NCBI GenBank assembly: GCA_018818205.1
Contig: JAHISJ010000025.1
Location: 7,343 to 71,342 of the forward strand
Source of the DNA: Patescibacteria group bacterium
Lineage (GTDB): Bacteria > Patescibacteriota > JABMPQ01 > JAHIRA01
DNA: 64,000 bases
Direction: 5' to 3'
Under the pieces are notes generated by a model, which was given only the letters and a program-made list of their open reading frames with translations, did not search any database and was not told the DNA's origin. Every line of letters starts with the position of its first letter. Positions within the stretch are counted from its first letter, which is position 1. Of this stretch, positions 28,736 to 39,800 are shown in pieces. Made by a program: the position numbers and the translations under genes.

Positions 28736-30166
28736 TTATCCCTTTACGACTACTAGCGGTTTTAGCTTCACTACTTTTTTTGCTATTCCTGTTTCTTGAA
28801 CTACGTTAACCACGTCATCAATATCTTTATACGCCCCCGGCGCTTCTTCTACGAGCCCTCTCGCTGAGCCCGCACGAGCGACTACATGATACTCATCTAG
28901 CTCTTGTTTGAGTTTGTTATAATCGATTACCTTCTTTGCCTTTTTTCTCGACATTCTCCTCCCCGCACCATGGCAGGTTGATCCAAACGACTGCTTCATA
29001 GACTCGTTGGTTCCTGCAAGAACGTATGAGAACGTCCCCATTGACCCTGGAATAATGACCGGCTGACCAACCGATTGATACTGCTTTGGGATTTCTGGAT
29101 GACCAGGACCAAATGCCCGTGTCGCTCCTTTTCTATGTACTACAACCTCTTTACCATCATGTGTTTCACGCTTTGCCATGTTATGACCGACATCATACAA
29201 AATACTGAGATCCTCTTTTTTATCAATAATCTGCTTCCATGAACCTCTTACCAAGTGTGTTAGAACTTGCCTATTACAAAATCCAAAATTTGCTGCAGCG
29301 TTCATTGCCTTAAAGTATTCTTGCCCCTCTTTTGATAAAAATGGCACCGAAGCAAGTTCTCTATCTGGCAAAGTAATATCATACTTTGCCATTGCTTGAA
29401 CCATTACGCGCAAATAATCAGTGCACACCTGATGACCCAGTCCTCTGGAACCAGTATGAATCATTACAACAATTTGATCTTTAAATAAACCAAACGTTTG
29501 TGCTATTTCGTCGTCCAAAACTTCATGGACCTTTTGCACTTCTACAAAGTGGTTTCCTGCACCCAGTGTTCCTACCTGATCTCGTCCGCGCTTTTTTGCA
29601 TGATCAGTAATAAGACTAGAATCTGCCTCATCAAAACGTCCACCTTGTTCTAAAAATTCCTCATCACCTTCTAACCCATACCCTTTTTTTATTATCCACG
29701 GCACGCCGCCTTCTAAAAGCTCATCCATCTCATCTTGAGAAAGCACAAGCTCGCCACCTCTACCAACACCAGATGGGGTATCACGCTGAACTTGATTCGC
29801 TAAATCAACAATAGAGCTTTCAATGTCTTTTACTGTTTTTTTACTCTTCAAAAGCCTCACCCCGCAATTGATATCGTAGCCCACACCGCCTGGGGAAATA
29901 ACACCATCTTCTACGCTAAGCGCCGCTACCCCGCCAATAGGAAATCCATACCCCTCGTGAATGTCTGGCATTGAAATGGCAAACTCTTGAATGCCAGGGA
30001 GTGTTGATACGTTGACCAGCTGTTCTAATGATCTATCTGTCGTAATGTCGTCAAGCATTCTTTCTGAAGCAAAAACTCGTGCTGGAACACACATATCCTC
30101 GCGATATGATTTTGGAATTTCCCAGATATTTTTTTGTACTTTTTGTAGAATCTCTTTAGAAAACAC
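28736..30166 (-). CDS. rtcB: RNA-splicing ligase RtcB
   Basis: 476 aa with GYDINCGVR and HNHAGR-like (CHGAGRRMSR) active-site motifs. Confidence 0.9.
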   Translation of the reverse strand: MFSKEILQKVQKNIWEIPKSYREDMCVPARVFASERMLDDITTDRSLEQLVNVSTLPGIQEFAISMPDIHEGYGFPIGGVAALSVEDGVISPGGVGYDINCGVRLLKSKKTVKDIESSIVDLANQVQRDTPSGVGRGGELVLSQDEMDELLEGGVPWIIKKGYGLEGDEEFLEQGGRFDEADSSLITDHAKKRGRDQVGTLGAGNHFVEVQKVHEVLDDEIAQTFGLFKDQIVVMIHTGSRGLGHQVCTDYLRVMVQAMAKYDITLPDRELASVPFLSKEGQEYFKAMNAAANFGFCNRQVLTHLVRGSWKQIIDKKEDLSILYDVGHNMAKRETHDGKEVVVHRKGATRAFGPGHPEIPKQYQSVGQPVIIPGSMGTFSYVLAGTNESMKQSFGSTCHGAGRRMSRKKAKKVIDYNKLKQELDEYHVVARAGSARGLVEEAPGAYKDIDDVVNVVQETGIAKKVVKLKPLVVVKG

Positions 30167-30178
30167 TGTGTCATTACA

Positions 30179-30586
30179 TTATACATCTACTAAAATAGTT
30201 GCTTCGAGCTTTCCATTATGTTTTTTTATTGTTAATCCGTGATAGGTTATTGCTTTTACATCTTCTTTAGCTACTGATTTTATGCATTTCATTGTTGAAC
30301 TAATTTTTTGTTCATTTATTGTATGAATGGAAAAATCAAAACAATACACGTTACGAGTATCCGATTCAAGCAAGATATCAGAAAGCCAGTTGACAAGAAG
30401 TGCTTCTTTGTCTGGTCCACTTGTTTCCAATACTACATCGCTTACCTCCTTACCCTCCTTAGAAGACTCCTCTTCATACATCACCGACATAAGTCCTCTT
30501 GCAGCATTCATAAACAATTCCTCAAGCGATTTGCCATACGCTTTTATTTTAAGATCTGCGGTGTGCTCAAGAATCTCATACTTCAT
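30179..30586 (-). CDS. Archease (RtcB activator)
   Basis: 135 aa with N-terminal YEILEHTADLKIKAYG and C-terminal conserved VKAITYHGLTI. Sits immediately upstream of rtcB. Confidence 0.85.
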   Translation of the reverse strand: MKYEILEHTADLKIKAYGKSLEELFMNAARGLMSVMYEEESSKEGKEVSDVVLETSGPDKEALLVNWLSDILLESDTRNVYCFDFSIHTINEQKISSTMKCIKSVAKEDVKAITYHGLTIKKHNGKLEATILVDV

Positions 30587-30689
30587 TGCTTTTTATTTCT
30601 TAGTCCAGTCTCAAAGATATACATATGGTTACTTTTAGTATACCAAGTTTTGCCTCTGTACTAAAGCTACTATTTTGTGAATAGAATTA

Positions 30690-31751
30690 TTATTTCTTCC
30701 GTAAACACCGCATCATCTCCAAATAACAATGCAGATTGTGAATTGTTGCAAGCCTTGCATAGAGCATCTCTTTTACCCTAAAAAGATGTCTTAAATATGC
30801 TTTGGAATAATTCTTACAAGTGAGGCACGAACATCTCTTATCTATAGGACCTATATCTGTGCTATACTTCTCCTTCTTAATATGAATAATATCGTACTTA
30901 ACTTTTGTTTTAAGCACATCAATGTATGAAAAGAGAGATCCGTGCCGAGCGTTTCTTGTTGGAATAACACAGTCAAACATATCCACTCCCAGCCTCACGG
31001 CATCAAAAATATCCTCCGGCTTACCGACTCCCATAAGGTACCTCGGTTTGTCTTCAGGAAGATTCTTGATGGTTTTTTTGAGCACTGGAAGCATCCTTTC
31101 CCTTGGCTCTCCAACAGCAAGCCCACCAACGGCATACCCATCAAATCCTATTTCCATTAGATCATGTGCACTTTTTTCTCTTAAATCAGAAAACACTCCA
31201 CCCTGGACAATACCAAAGAGTAGGGGTCTCTTTGACTTGAGGACTCCTTTCATTCGTTTCTCAAAGTGCTCTTTTGACCGCTTTGCCCAAAGCGTCGTTA
31301 AATCAACTGATTGTCTCACATACTCTTTTTTTGCCGGATAGCCTACACATTCATCAAGTACCATTAGAATGTCCGATCCAATGGCAAGCTGGGTATCTAT
31401 GGCATCTTCCGGAGAAAGAAAAATCTTCCTTCCATCAATGTGAGAAGAAAAAGTAACCCCTTTTTCCGATATCTTTCTTATTTTAGAGAGGCTAAATACT
31501 TGGAACCCCCCGCTGTCTGTAAGAATCGGCCTATCCCATTTCATAAGCTCATGCAGCCCCCCAACCTTCTCAAGAGTCTTTATGCCTGGCTCAAGTAATA
31601 AATGATACGTATTTGAAAGAATGATTTGTGGATTAAGGTCAAAGAGGTCTTCAGAAGAAACAGCACCTTTTATAGCACCACGCGTTGCGATAGGCATAAA
31701 AAATGGTGTCTTGATTGTTCCTCGTCTTGTTTTAACGTCACGTTTTCGCAT
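30690..31751 (-). CDS. tgt: Queuine tRNA-ribosyltransferase (tRNA-guanine transglycosylase)
   Basis: 353 aa with DSGGFQV, a TIM-barrel, and a C-terminal zinc site (CSCLTCKNYSKAYLRHL). Confidence 0.9.
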   Translation of the reverse strand: MRKRDVKTRRGTIKTPFFMPIATRGAIKGAVSSEDLFDLNPQIILSNTYHLLLEPGIKTLEKVGGLHELMKWDRPILTDSGGFQVFSLSKIRKISEKGVTFSSHIDGRKIFLSPEDAIDTQLAIGSDILMVLDECVGYPAKKEYVRQSVDLTTLWAKRSKEHFEKRMKGVLKSKRPLLFGIVQGGVFSDLREKSAHDLMEIGFDGYAVGGLAVGEPRERMLPVLKKTIKNLPEDKPRYLMGVGKPEDIFDAVRLGVDMFDCVIPTRNARHGSLFSYIDVLKTKVKYDIIHIKKEKYSTDIGPIDKRCSCLTCKNYSKAYLRHLFRVKEMLYARLATIHNLHCYLEMMRCLRKK

Positions 31752-31837
31752 GTAGATAACAGTAGCAAGGTTTGGTAAAAAAATAAACCCTCAACTTCAC
31801 TGTATGCGGGTTTATTTTTGAACGTAAATACTAACGC

Positions 31838-34060
31838 TTATCTCAAACTGAGACCACTTCCGTCTCCAGTTTCCACTTCATCAGTTTTTGCTTCCTCATT
31901 TGTATTGTCAACCGGCAAATCATTTGTCCCCTCTTCAAAATCATCTCCTCTCACTGCCCCTTCTTCACTTTGATCCAGCGAGAAGTCATCTTGTATTTCA
32001 ACTTCTTTTTCTAGAACTTCTCCTTTTCCTAATGCAAAAGGATCATCGGTAAGATCTGAGGTAACATTTGGCTCAGTTTTCATAATATCTTGGTCAGTAT
32101 ATGCATCAATACCGGTAAACATAATTTTTTTGGTAAGTTCAACGGTCTTGCCAATATCCTCTACACTTGGTACTAAGTTCACATCTACATATGCCTCGAT
32201 ATTTTCAGAAAATTGACCGGTATGCGCAGGAATCTTTCCTATTGTCCAAATAACTTGATCATCTTCCACTATGAGTGTTCCCACATTGGTTGATTTACTC
32301 CCCGTAAACTGAACCCACTTTGGTAAAGATACTTCTACTATTCCTTCATTAACTTCGTTTGTGGTATTTGAAAGAACAAGATACATCCTATACGTTGTCT
32401 TCTTTGATGCAACTGGAGGAAGTGGTCCCGATCCTACCTTTCTTCCTTCAAAGTCATAGTAATGAACCTCAGGTCTAATAGTCACTAAAGAATTAATCTT
32501 TGTGATTGCATTTTTGCTTTCGATTTGGATTGATTTTTCTGGATTGCCCTCTGTTCCTTCAGCTTTAAAGAACGACCGAGCCTTTATCTCAAAATTGATA
32601 TCGTCCTTATCTTTCACTGGCATAGTATCTGCAATACGCACCTTAAATGTTAATTCGCCTTCATCGCCAGCATTGACTGTCTCTAAATCAGGAATAGTCT
32701 CTTTATCCCAGATTACTACACCATCTTTGACCTTGCCTCTATCTACTTCAAACGACTCAGTATTTACGAGCTTAGTATCAAGATGTGTTTCTAACGTTAC
32801 ATTTTTAAATGCTTCCGTTCCGGTATTTTTATACTTCACGGTATACTCCAATTGCTCACCAGGACTCATTGCATTTTCTACTTTTCCAAAAACCTTGGTT
32901 GAAATGTCAGCAACAACCTTTGCTATCTCAATAGAAACGTCCTTTTCAATTTGCGGGTAGAATTCGTTTTTATCGTCTACAAAACCAAGTACGGCTTGAA
33001 TCTTCTTTTGATCTTTGGCTTTGCCGGTAAGGACTCCTTTTACTTTAATTAACTCTTCTTCACCTTCATTCAACGTTTCAATATCAAACGTATCAAAGTC
33101 AAAGTCAGGACGTGGGGAACTTGATTTAAACTCGAATGCTGCCGGATACACCATCTTTACTCTCAGGTTTTCAAGATCAAATGACTCCGTGTTGTTTACT
33201 GCCACATTAAATGTAAACTCACTCCCCGAGGTAACTGATTTTGGTGCGGTAAAATCGACTTCAATACCCAAAGCCTCTAATTTTGTTTTAACTACACGCT
33301 CTTCTGTAAAGTGAGATGAAACGTTCCGTGGCTTATAGCTGAGTCTCGCGGTAACTGTCTTTTGATCATCAACGTTTCCTACGAGTGTTCCTTTAATGGT
33401 AATTGTTTGGCTTGCCCCTTTTGCAAGCGACTTAAGCTCCCATTTTGTCTCATTAAAATCAGCCGATTCTGGTGAAACAGATACTGGAGTAAATCCATCA
33501 GGATAAATCATATCTACCGTTACGTCCTCAAAATCAACCGAGTCCTTATTATTTACAGAAATAGTATATTCAGTCTCAGCTCCATTGACCATTTGCTCTG
33601 GACCATTGAGCGTAAACTCAACGTCTTTTGGAACAAGAGCTCCATTCTCCAAAAAAACAAACCGATACACAATACCTGCGATCGCTACGAGTACGACAAG
33701 AACGGCAAGTACAATCAGTGGAATCTTCCACCACTTTCGTTTTTTTATGTTGACCATTTTTTTCTTTTCTCCTTCTTTTTTTGCAACAGGGAAGATTTTT
33801 TCTTCTGCTGGCAAGCTGTGTTTCTCGTCGACTTTTACTCCCTCAACTGCCTTCTTCTTTTTTCCTGTTTCACCTTCTTCAAGTATAGACTTCTCTTTTG
33901 TTTGTTTTGCTGACGTTTTACTTGAGCTTTTCACTTTTGTTACGGGAATAGAAACACTCGAAGCGGTATTCTTCTTTTTTGTCGTACTTTTCTTTCGTGT
34001 TGTTTTTCTCATTGGACGACGCGCTGTACGTCTAGAGCGCGTTGTTTTTTTTCGAGGCAT
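31838..34060 (-). CDS. Large membrane-anchored surface protein with repeated Ig-like/CARDB-like beta-sandwich modules
   Basis: 740 aa. A K/R-rich N-terminal 100 aa and a single TM helix (WKIPLIVLAVLVVLVAIAGIVY) are followed by repeated modules of about 100 aa (KGTLVGN..DQK / KGVLTGKAKDQK) and an acidic C-terminus. Confidence 0.55.
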   Translation of the reverse strand: MPRKKTTRSRRTARRPMRKTTRKKSTTKKKNTASSVSIPVTKVKSSSKTSAKQTKEKSILEEGETGKKKKAVEGVKVDEKHSLPAEEKIFPVAKKEGEKKKMVNIKKRKWWKIPLIVLAVLVVLVAIAGIVYRFVFLENGALVPKDVEFTLNGPEQMVNGAETEYTISVNNKDSVDFEDVTVDMIYPDGFTPVSVSPESADFNETKWELKSLAKGASQTITIKGTLVGNVDDQKTVTARLSYKPRNVSSHFTEERVVKTKLEALGIEVDFTAPKSVTSGSEFTFNVAVNNTESFDLENLRVKMVYPAAFEFKSSSPRPDFDFDTFDIETLNEGEEELIKVKGVLTGKAKDQKKIQAVLGFVDDKNEFYPQIEKDVSIEIAKVVADISTKVFGKVENAMSPGEQLEYTVKYKNTGTEAFKNVTLETHLDTKLVNTESFEVDRGKVKDGVVIWDKETIPDLETVNAGDEGELTFKVRIADTMPVKDKDDINFEIKARSFFKAEGTEGNPEKSIQIESKNAITKINSLVTIRPEVHYYDFEGRKVGSGPLPPVASKKTTYRMYLVLSNTTNEVNEGIVEVSLPKWVQFTGSKSTNVGTLIVEDDQVIWTIGKIPAHTGQFSENIEAYVDVNLVPSVEDIGKTVELTKKIMFTGIDAYTDQDIMKTEPNVTSDLTDDPFALGKGEVLEKEVEIQDDFSLDQSEEGAVRGDDFEEGTNDLPVDNTNEEAKTDEVETGDGSGLSLR

Positions 34061-34097
34061 ATATATCTCCTTTTATTTTAATACGAGTCACACCTAA

Positions 34098-34886
34098 CTA
34101 CCATCTGCCAGAGGCGCCGCCGCCGCCAGATGAGCCGCCACTAAATCCACCAAAGCTAGACGAACTTCCAGAGCCCCAGCTACTTCCACTATCTGATGAC
34201 GTCCAACTACTTCCTGAAGACGAATCATCTGATGAGCTTCCGCCCCCACGTCTTCCTCCTTTTCTTGTGGCTCTAGCTGCAAATATACTTGAAACTACAA
34301 TAATAACAACTACCAATAAAAAGATACCAAACCCAACTATGCCAGCTATAGTACTCTCCGATTCTGGGTCAGTATCAATGGGATTGTATTCCCCCTTCGT
34401 TGCAGCCATGATTGCTTGAAGACCCATTTTTACCCCATTATGATACCTGCCTTCTTTAAACTCGGGAGTAATTTCTTTCCGAATAATCTGATCAGCCAAC
34501 GCATCGGGTAACGCTCCTTCTAAACCATAGCCCGTTTCTATACGCATCTCACGATCATCCTTTACCACCACAAGAAGTGCACCATTATCTTTTTCCGCTT
34601 TTCCAATGCCCCACTTTTGGAACAGCTGCTCTGAGTACTCTTCTATACTGACTCCCTCGAGTGAGTTTATAGTAATAACCGCTAGTTCATTTGATGTCTC
34701 CGCTTCAAAATCAGAAAGCATTTGCTCTAAGTCATCGCTGTCACCAAGCATGCCTGCCTGATCATTAACAAACCCCGTTGGTCTTTCAGGATATAGAGGT
34801 TCGGCTGCAATGGCATGTCCACCAAACAGTATGCATAGACCAAGTACTACTGTGTATATTAGTGTCTTTCTCATAGTGCTAGTCAA
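34098..34886 (-). CDS. TPM-domain (YgcG/TLP18.3-like) phosphatase-fold protein with TM and Gly/Ser-rich tail
   Basis: Signal peptide, a TPM domain (VNDQAGMLG...ALLVVVKDDREMRIETGYGLEGALPD), a TM helix and a GS-rich C-terminus. Confidence 0.78.
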   Translation of the reverse strand: MTSTMRKTLIYTVVLGLCILFGGHAIAAEPLYPERPTGFVNDQAGMLGDSDDLEQMLSDFEAETSNELAVITINSLEGVSIEEYSEQLFQKWGIGKAEKDNGALLVVVKDDREMRIETGYGLEGALPDALADQIIRKEITPEFKEGRYHNGVKMGLQAIMAATKGEYNPIDTDPESESTIAGIVGFGIFLLVVVIIVVSSIFAARATRKGGRRGGGSSSDDSSSGSSWTSSDSGSSWGSGSSSSFGGFSGGSSGGGGASGRW

Positions 34887-35466
34887 AAGTTACCTCAGGG
34901 ACTACATCAGAGCCTTCTTCCGCTTCAAAGTATTCAACTACAATAAAACCAAACATACCGGCGATGAGATTAGTTGGAAATACTTTAATCTTTTTATTAT
35001 ACGTGGTCACTTCGTCGTTATAACGCATACGTTCTACCGCAATTCTGTTTTCTGTGCCCTCTAACTGCGCTTGAAGCTGCAAGAAATTTTCATTTGCTTT
35101 AAGCTCTGGATAACTTTCTGCAACAAGGAGCAAACGAGAAATAGCACTATCCATGCCGTTTGCCGCCTCGATCTGCTGTTCACGATCACCTGAGTCAACC
35201 GCTTTCCCCCACTGCGATCTAAGCGCTGTTACCTCGGTAAAAACGTCTTCTTCATGTGACGCATAGCCTTTTACAGTATTAACGAGATTGGGGATTAAAT
35301 CAGCTCGCCGTTGATATTGGTTTTCTACTTGCGCCCATTTGTTATCAACATTTTCTCTCGATTTCACCAGTGTATTGTATGTTCCCATAAAAAACACTGC
35401 AATGACGATACCAATGAGCACCACCACTCCTGCAATAATGCCACAAGCTAGAAGCCCTTTTTTCAT
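34879..35466 (-). CDS. lemA: LemA family protein
   Basis: 195 aa with an N-terminal TM helix and the LemA core (NTLVKSRENVDNKWAQVENQYQRRADLIPNLV). Forms the usual pair with the TPM gene. Confidence 0.85.
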   Translation of the reverse strand: MKKGLLACGIIAGVVVLIGIVIAVFFMGTYNTLVKSRENVDNKWAQVENQYQRRADLIPNLVNTVKGYASHEEDVFTEVTALRSQWGKAVDSGDREQQIEAANGMDSAISRLLLVAESYPELKANENFLQLQAQLEGTENRIAVERMRYNDEVTTYNKKIKVFPTNLIAGMFGFIVVEYFEAEEGSDVVPEVTFD

Positions 35467-35619
35467 GATTCTTTTTTATTATTCATAATATGCAATGCAA
35501 TAGTACCACAAAATTCAAAATGCTACAACCTCTGTCCTCCCTACTCCTTCCCACTCCACACCCCCGTCTGAATAATGAGGTCACCGGTGTAGCCAGGGTA
35601 GTTTGGTTTGATAAAGTAG

Positions 35620-36384
35620 TTATCTATATACTTGCATCGCATCCGTCCGCTCAACCATATACGTTGAATTGATCTTCTTTGAAAGCAAATACTGCGTATA
35701 CGTAAACAAAAGGGTATTGAGTGTATCACTAAGCTTCTTTTGCACCTGCATTCTTTCTACATCACTAAACGACGCTCTCACTAAAAACCGAAGCACTTTA
35801 AGCTCATCACCAGTTAGTGCGATACAAGAATTTTCTTTGCATGAAGCGCAAACCATGCCGCCATGCGAATGTGAAAAATAGTTCACTTCTTCTTTGAGCA
35901 CACTTCCACACTTTGTACAGTTAAAAAGCTCTGGCAAATACCCAAGAGTATGCAGTGCTTTAAGCATAAACCGGATGGTTATAAGCTCATGCCGCCCTTG
36001 GTCTTGCTCTCTATCAATGCTTGAAAGCGATTCATCAAAAAGAAAAAAGAGAGAGCTGTCTGAAAATGAGTCAGTAACGAGTTTATCTAAAAGTTCACAC
36101 ATACAATACAGATGCGTTGCTTTGTGCAGATCACTTCGCAGGTTTTTATACGTCTTAATAGACTTTGCAGATGTAATTGTCTGCAGACTTTTTGACTCAG
36201 AAAGCATAAATTCTGACATCATGCCGATCTCAAGATGCGGTGCCAATTTACTTTTGATCTTACGAACTCCTTTAGAAATACCCTTGACTTTTCCGTGGGT
36301 CTGTGTGAAAATGGTCACGATCTTGTGATGGTCCTCGAAATTTGATTTCTTCAGAATAAAGCCTTTTGTCTTGTACAGTGGCAT
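35620..36384 (-). CDS. recO: DNA repair protein RecO
   Basis: 254 aa with an N-terminal OB fold (LYKTKGFILKKSNFEDHHKIVTIFT) and a zinc finger (CTKCGS...CASC). Confidence 0.82.
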   Translation of the reverse strand: MPLYKTKGFILKKSNFEDHHKIVTIFTQTHGKVKGISKGVRKIKSKLAPHLEIGMMSEFMLSESKSLQTITSAKSIKTYKNLRSDLHKATHLYCMCELLDKLVTDSFSDSSLFFLFDESLSSIDREQDQGRHELITIRFMLKALHTLGYLPELFNCTKCGSVLKEEVNYFSHSHGGMVCASCKENSCIALTGDELKVLRFLVRASFSDVERMQVQKKLSDTLNTLLFTYTQYLLSKKINSTYMVERTDAMQVYR

Positions 36385-36555
36385 GGGCGTATTTTTTTGA
36401 CTGTCCTTACGGTTCTATTATCTCTCTTTGAAGTATATCACACAAATGATACTGCAAAGAGAGTTGACCGAACTTAGATCAACTTGCACCTTTGAATTTA
36501 CATCTTGGAGGATTTCACATTTATACTTTTACCACCCCCTGTAGGAGAGGAAGAC

Positions 36556-36810
36556 ATGGCTGCAGCAGCTGGACCAAAACCGAACAACTTACGAATATTT
36601 CGTGAAGACCTTATGATGAGTAAGGCAGAACTTGCGCGCAGAGCCGAGGTTAGCGTATTAACGGTAGATAGAATTGAGCGTGGGGAAAATTGTCGCATGG
36701 GAACCATGCGAAAGTTATTAGAGGCAATGGGCATTCCTATCGTGCGAAGGATAGAAGTGTTCCCGCATCTTGGAGAACAAAATGATTCTCGGGAACGCGA
36801 ACGATTATAA
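36556..36810 (+). CDS. XRE-family helix-turn-helix transcriptional regulator (small)
   Basis: GGAGAGGAAG precedes ATG 36556. HTH region is MMSKAELARRAEVSVLTVDRIERGE. It is divergent from recO, with nested inverted repeats in the shared upstream region. Confidence 0.65.
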   Translation: MAAAAGPKPNNLRIFREDLMMSKAELARRAEVSVLTVDRIERGENCRMGTMRKLLEAMGIPIVRRIEVFPHLGEQNDSRERERL

Positions 36811-36869
36811 TAATCTCATTATTGCATTATATATGCGGAGCAGCTCTTTTACGACTGCTCTGTTTTTTA

Positions 36870-39800
36870 TTATTTTATTTTTGTCACACCAATGTCAATG
36901 GATATACTATCGACAACAACTTGCTTTTTTATTTCTCCTAGATCATTGCCGTAACCAATGACTTCAGCGAGCGTTTCCCGTTTAATGTAATCTGTATAGC
37001 CTTCAAGCACAGAAAGAAATTGATCACTCTCGGCCTTAAAATTTATCATAATGCGATCACTCACCTCGTACCCTGCTTCTTTTCGCATTTCTTGAATATG
37101 CCTGACGAGTTCCCGTGCAATACCCTCTTCCTCAAGCTCTTTGGTTATTTCTGTATCTACTACCACAATACTATCTCGCTCAGAAGCTACGGCGTATTTG
37201 TCGTCGGTCGATTCATATACCCGTTCATACTCTTCTGGGAGCAAAATTACGTCACCAACTTCAAGTGTTTTATCATTTTTAAGTTCATAATTCTTTTCTT
37301 GAACCGCTTTTTGAATCTCTTTGACTTGGCCACCGTATTTTTTACCCAAAATATTAAACTTAAGTTTTACCGTTTCTTGAAGCACCGATTCAACCGATGA
37401 TCCTTCCTGAATCGATTTAACATTAAGCTCATCTTTTACAATCTCTAAAAGCTCACCTTGCGGTACATCGGTTCCTAAAACAAACACATTTGCGAGCGGC
37501 TGCCTGACTTTGATCTGTTTAGTATCCCGTGCCGCATGACCAAGCGTTACTATTGTTTTTGCGCTGGACATTTCTTCATTGAGCTTTGAATCGATGAAGT
37601 TCCTTTTTGGTTTTGGATACGTCTCAAGATGCACTGACTCTTCTTTACCAAGTAAGCCTTGGTAGAGTTTGTCTGCAATAAATGGCATAAATGGTGCCTC
37701 TAGTTTGGTAAGCTCGAGCAAGCAGTAATGCAACGTTTCATAGGCATCAAGCTTATCTGTATCGTTTTCTGATTTCCAAAATCTACGTCTGGATCGTCTC
37801 ACATACCAGTTAGAAAGATCATCAATAAATTTTTCTAAAGCAGAGCATGCTTCTGTAATGTTGTAGTGTTCTAAGTGCTCGGTCACTTCTGCCTTTACCG
37901 TTTCTAAATGTGAGAGAATCCATCTGTCTAGAATATGCTCTTTTGGTGTAATATCGCTCTTTGGCTCAAAGTTGTCTATCCCCGCATACGTTGCAAAGAA
38001 GGTGTAGAGATTCCATTGTTTGAGCACCACGTTTTTGACCACTTCTTCCACGCCTTTTGGATCAAATCGTTTAGGCTCACCCGGTGCGTTAATCGTATAC
38101 AGATACCAACGCAAGGCATCGACGCCATACTGATTAATAATCACCCATGGATCAATGACATTGCCTTTGGACTTACTCATTTTCTTGCCGTTCTTGTCGT
38201 TAATGTGTCCGAGACAAATAACGTTTTTGTAGCTCGTACCTTTCCCAAGAACGGTAGACACGGCAAGAAGCGTATAAAACCATCCACGCGTCTGGTCAAT
38301 GGCTTCTGAGATATAATCCGCAGGATACTCAGCGCCATTATCTACTAACTCTTTATTTTCAAACGGATAATGATGCTGCGCAAGCGGCATAGAGCCAGAG
38401 TCAAACCAGCAATCAAGCACCGACGTTTCTCTGACCATTTCTCCTCCACACTCACACGTAAGTTTAATCTCATCCACATACGGTCTGTGCACATCAAATG
38501 ATTCTAAATCGATTTTTTCTTGTGACTTTTCACTGAGCTCATCATACCCACCAACACACGTTGTTTTTTTACAGTCAACACACTTCCATATTGGAAGCGG
38601 CGTTCCCCAATACCGTTCACGGGAAAGCGCCCAGTCTTTTACATTTTCAAGCCACTTCCCAAACCGACCATGCTTAATATGCTCTGGAATCCAGTTGATT
38701 TGTTCGTTGTTTTTTAAGAGCTCATCTTTTACCGCACTCGTTTTTATAAACCAAGAAGCTTTGGCATAATACAAAAGTGGCGTGTCGCACCGCCAACAAA
38801 AGGGGTAGCTATGCGTATAATTTTCTTTTTTTAGAAGAAGCCCTTTTTCTTTAAGATGGTTTGCTATATCTTTCTCCGCGTCTTTAACAAACATCCCTGT
38901 AAATTCTTTCACCCGTTCATTAAAGTTACCGTTTTCATCAACAGTATGTACTTTAGGGAGCCCTTTTTCTTCTCCAAGCCTGTAGTCATCATCACCATAC
39001 ATAACCGCCGTGTGTACTACTCCGGAACCGTCGTCCGTGGTGACAAAATCTGCGGTGGTAACATAGTGGACTTTTTCCTTTACGTCTGTTAACGAATCAA
39101 AAAGCGGCTCGTAGTCTATTCCTTCCAAATCGCTTCCTTTCATTTCCTCTATAACCTCAAAGTCATCATCAAGAATGTCTAGGCGTGACTTAGCAAGGAT
39201 ATACGTTTCATCGCCTTTTTTTGCCTTTACGTAATCTAGGTCTGCACCTACTGCAAGCGCAACGTTTCCCGGCAAAGTCCACGGTGTTGTTGTCCAAGAG
39301 AGTATATAGGTATCATCCTCATCCTTCACCTTAAATTTCACATATACCGATGGTTCGGTGACATCCTTGTATCCTTGTGCCACCTCGTGTGATGAAAGCG
39401 CCGTACCACAACGTGGACAGTGGGGAACCACTTTATGGCCTTCGTAGAGCAATCCTTTGTCATAAATTTGTTTGATAATCCACCAGAGTGACTCAATATA
39501 CTCATTGCTGTAGGTAACATATGGATTTTCCAGATCAAGCCAAAACGCAATACGCTTGGTTAGCTTTTCCCACTCATCTTTATACTCCCAAACGCTTTTT
39601 TTACACTCGGTGTTAAACTCCTCTATACCATACTTCTCAATTTCCGGTTTTCCAGAAATCTTTAATCTCTTTTCTACTTCCAGCTCAACTGGCAAGCCAT
39701 GCGTATCCCAGCCCGCTTTGCGAGAAACGTAGAAACCCTGCATGGTTTTAAACCGAGGAATAATATCTTTAAACGCACGCGCCAAAACATGGTGAATACC

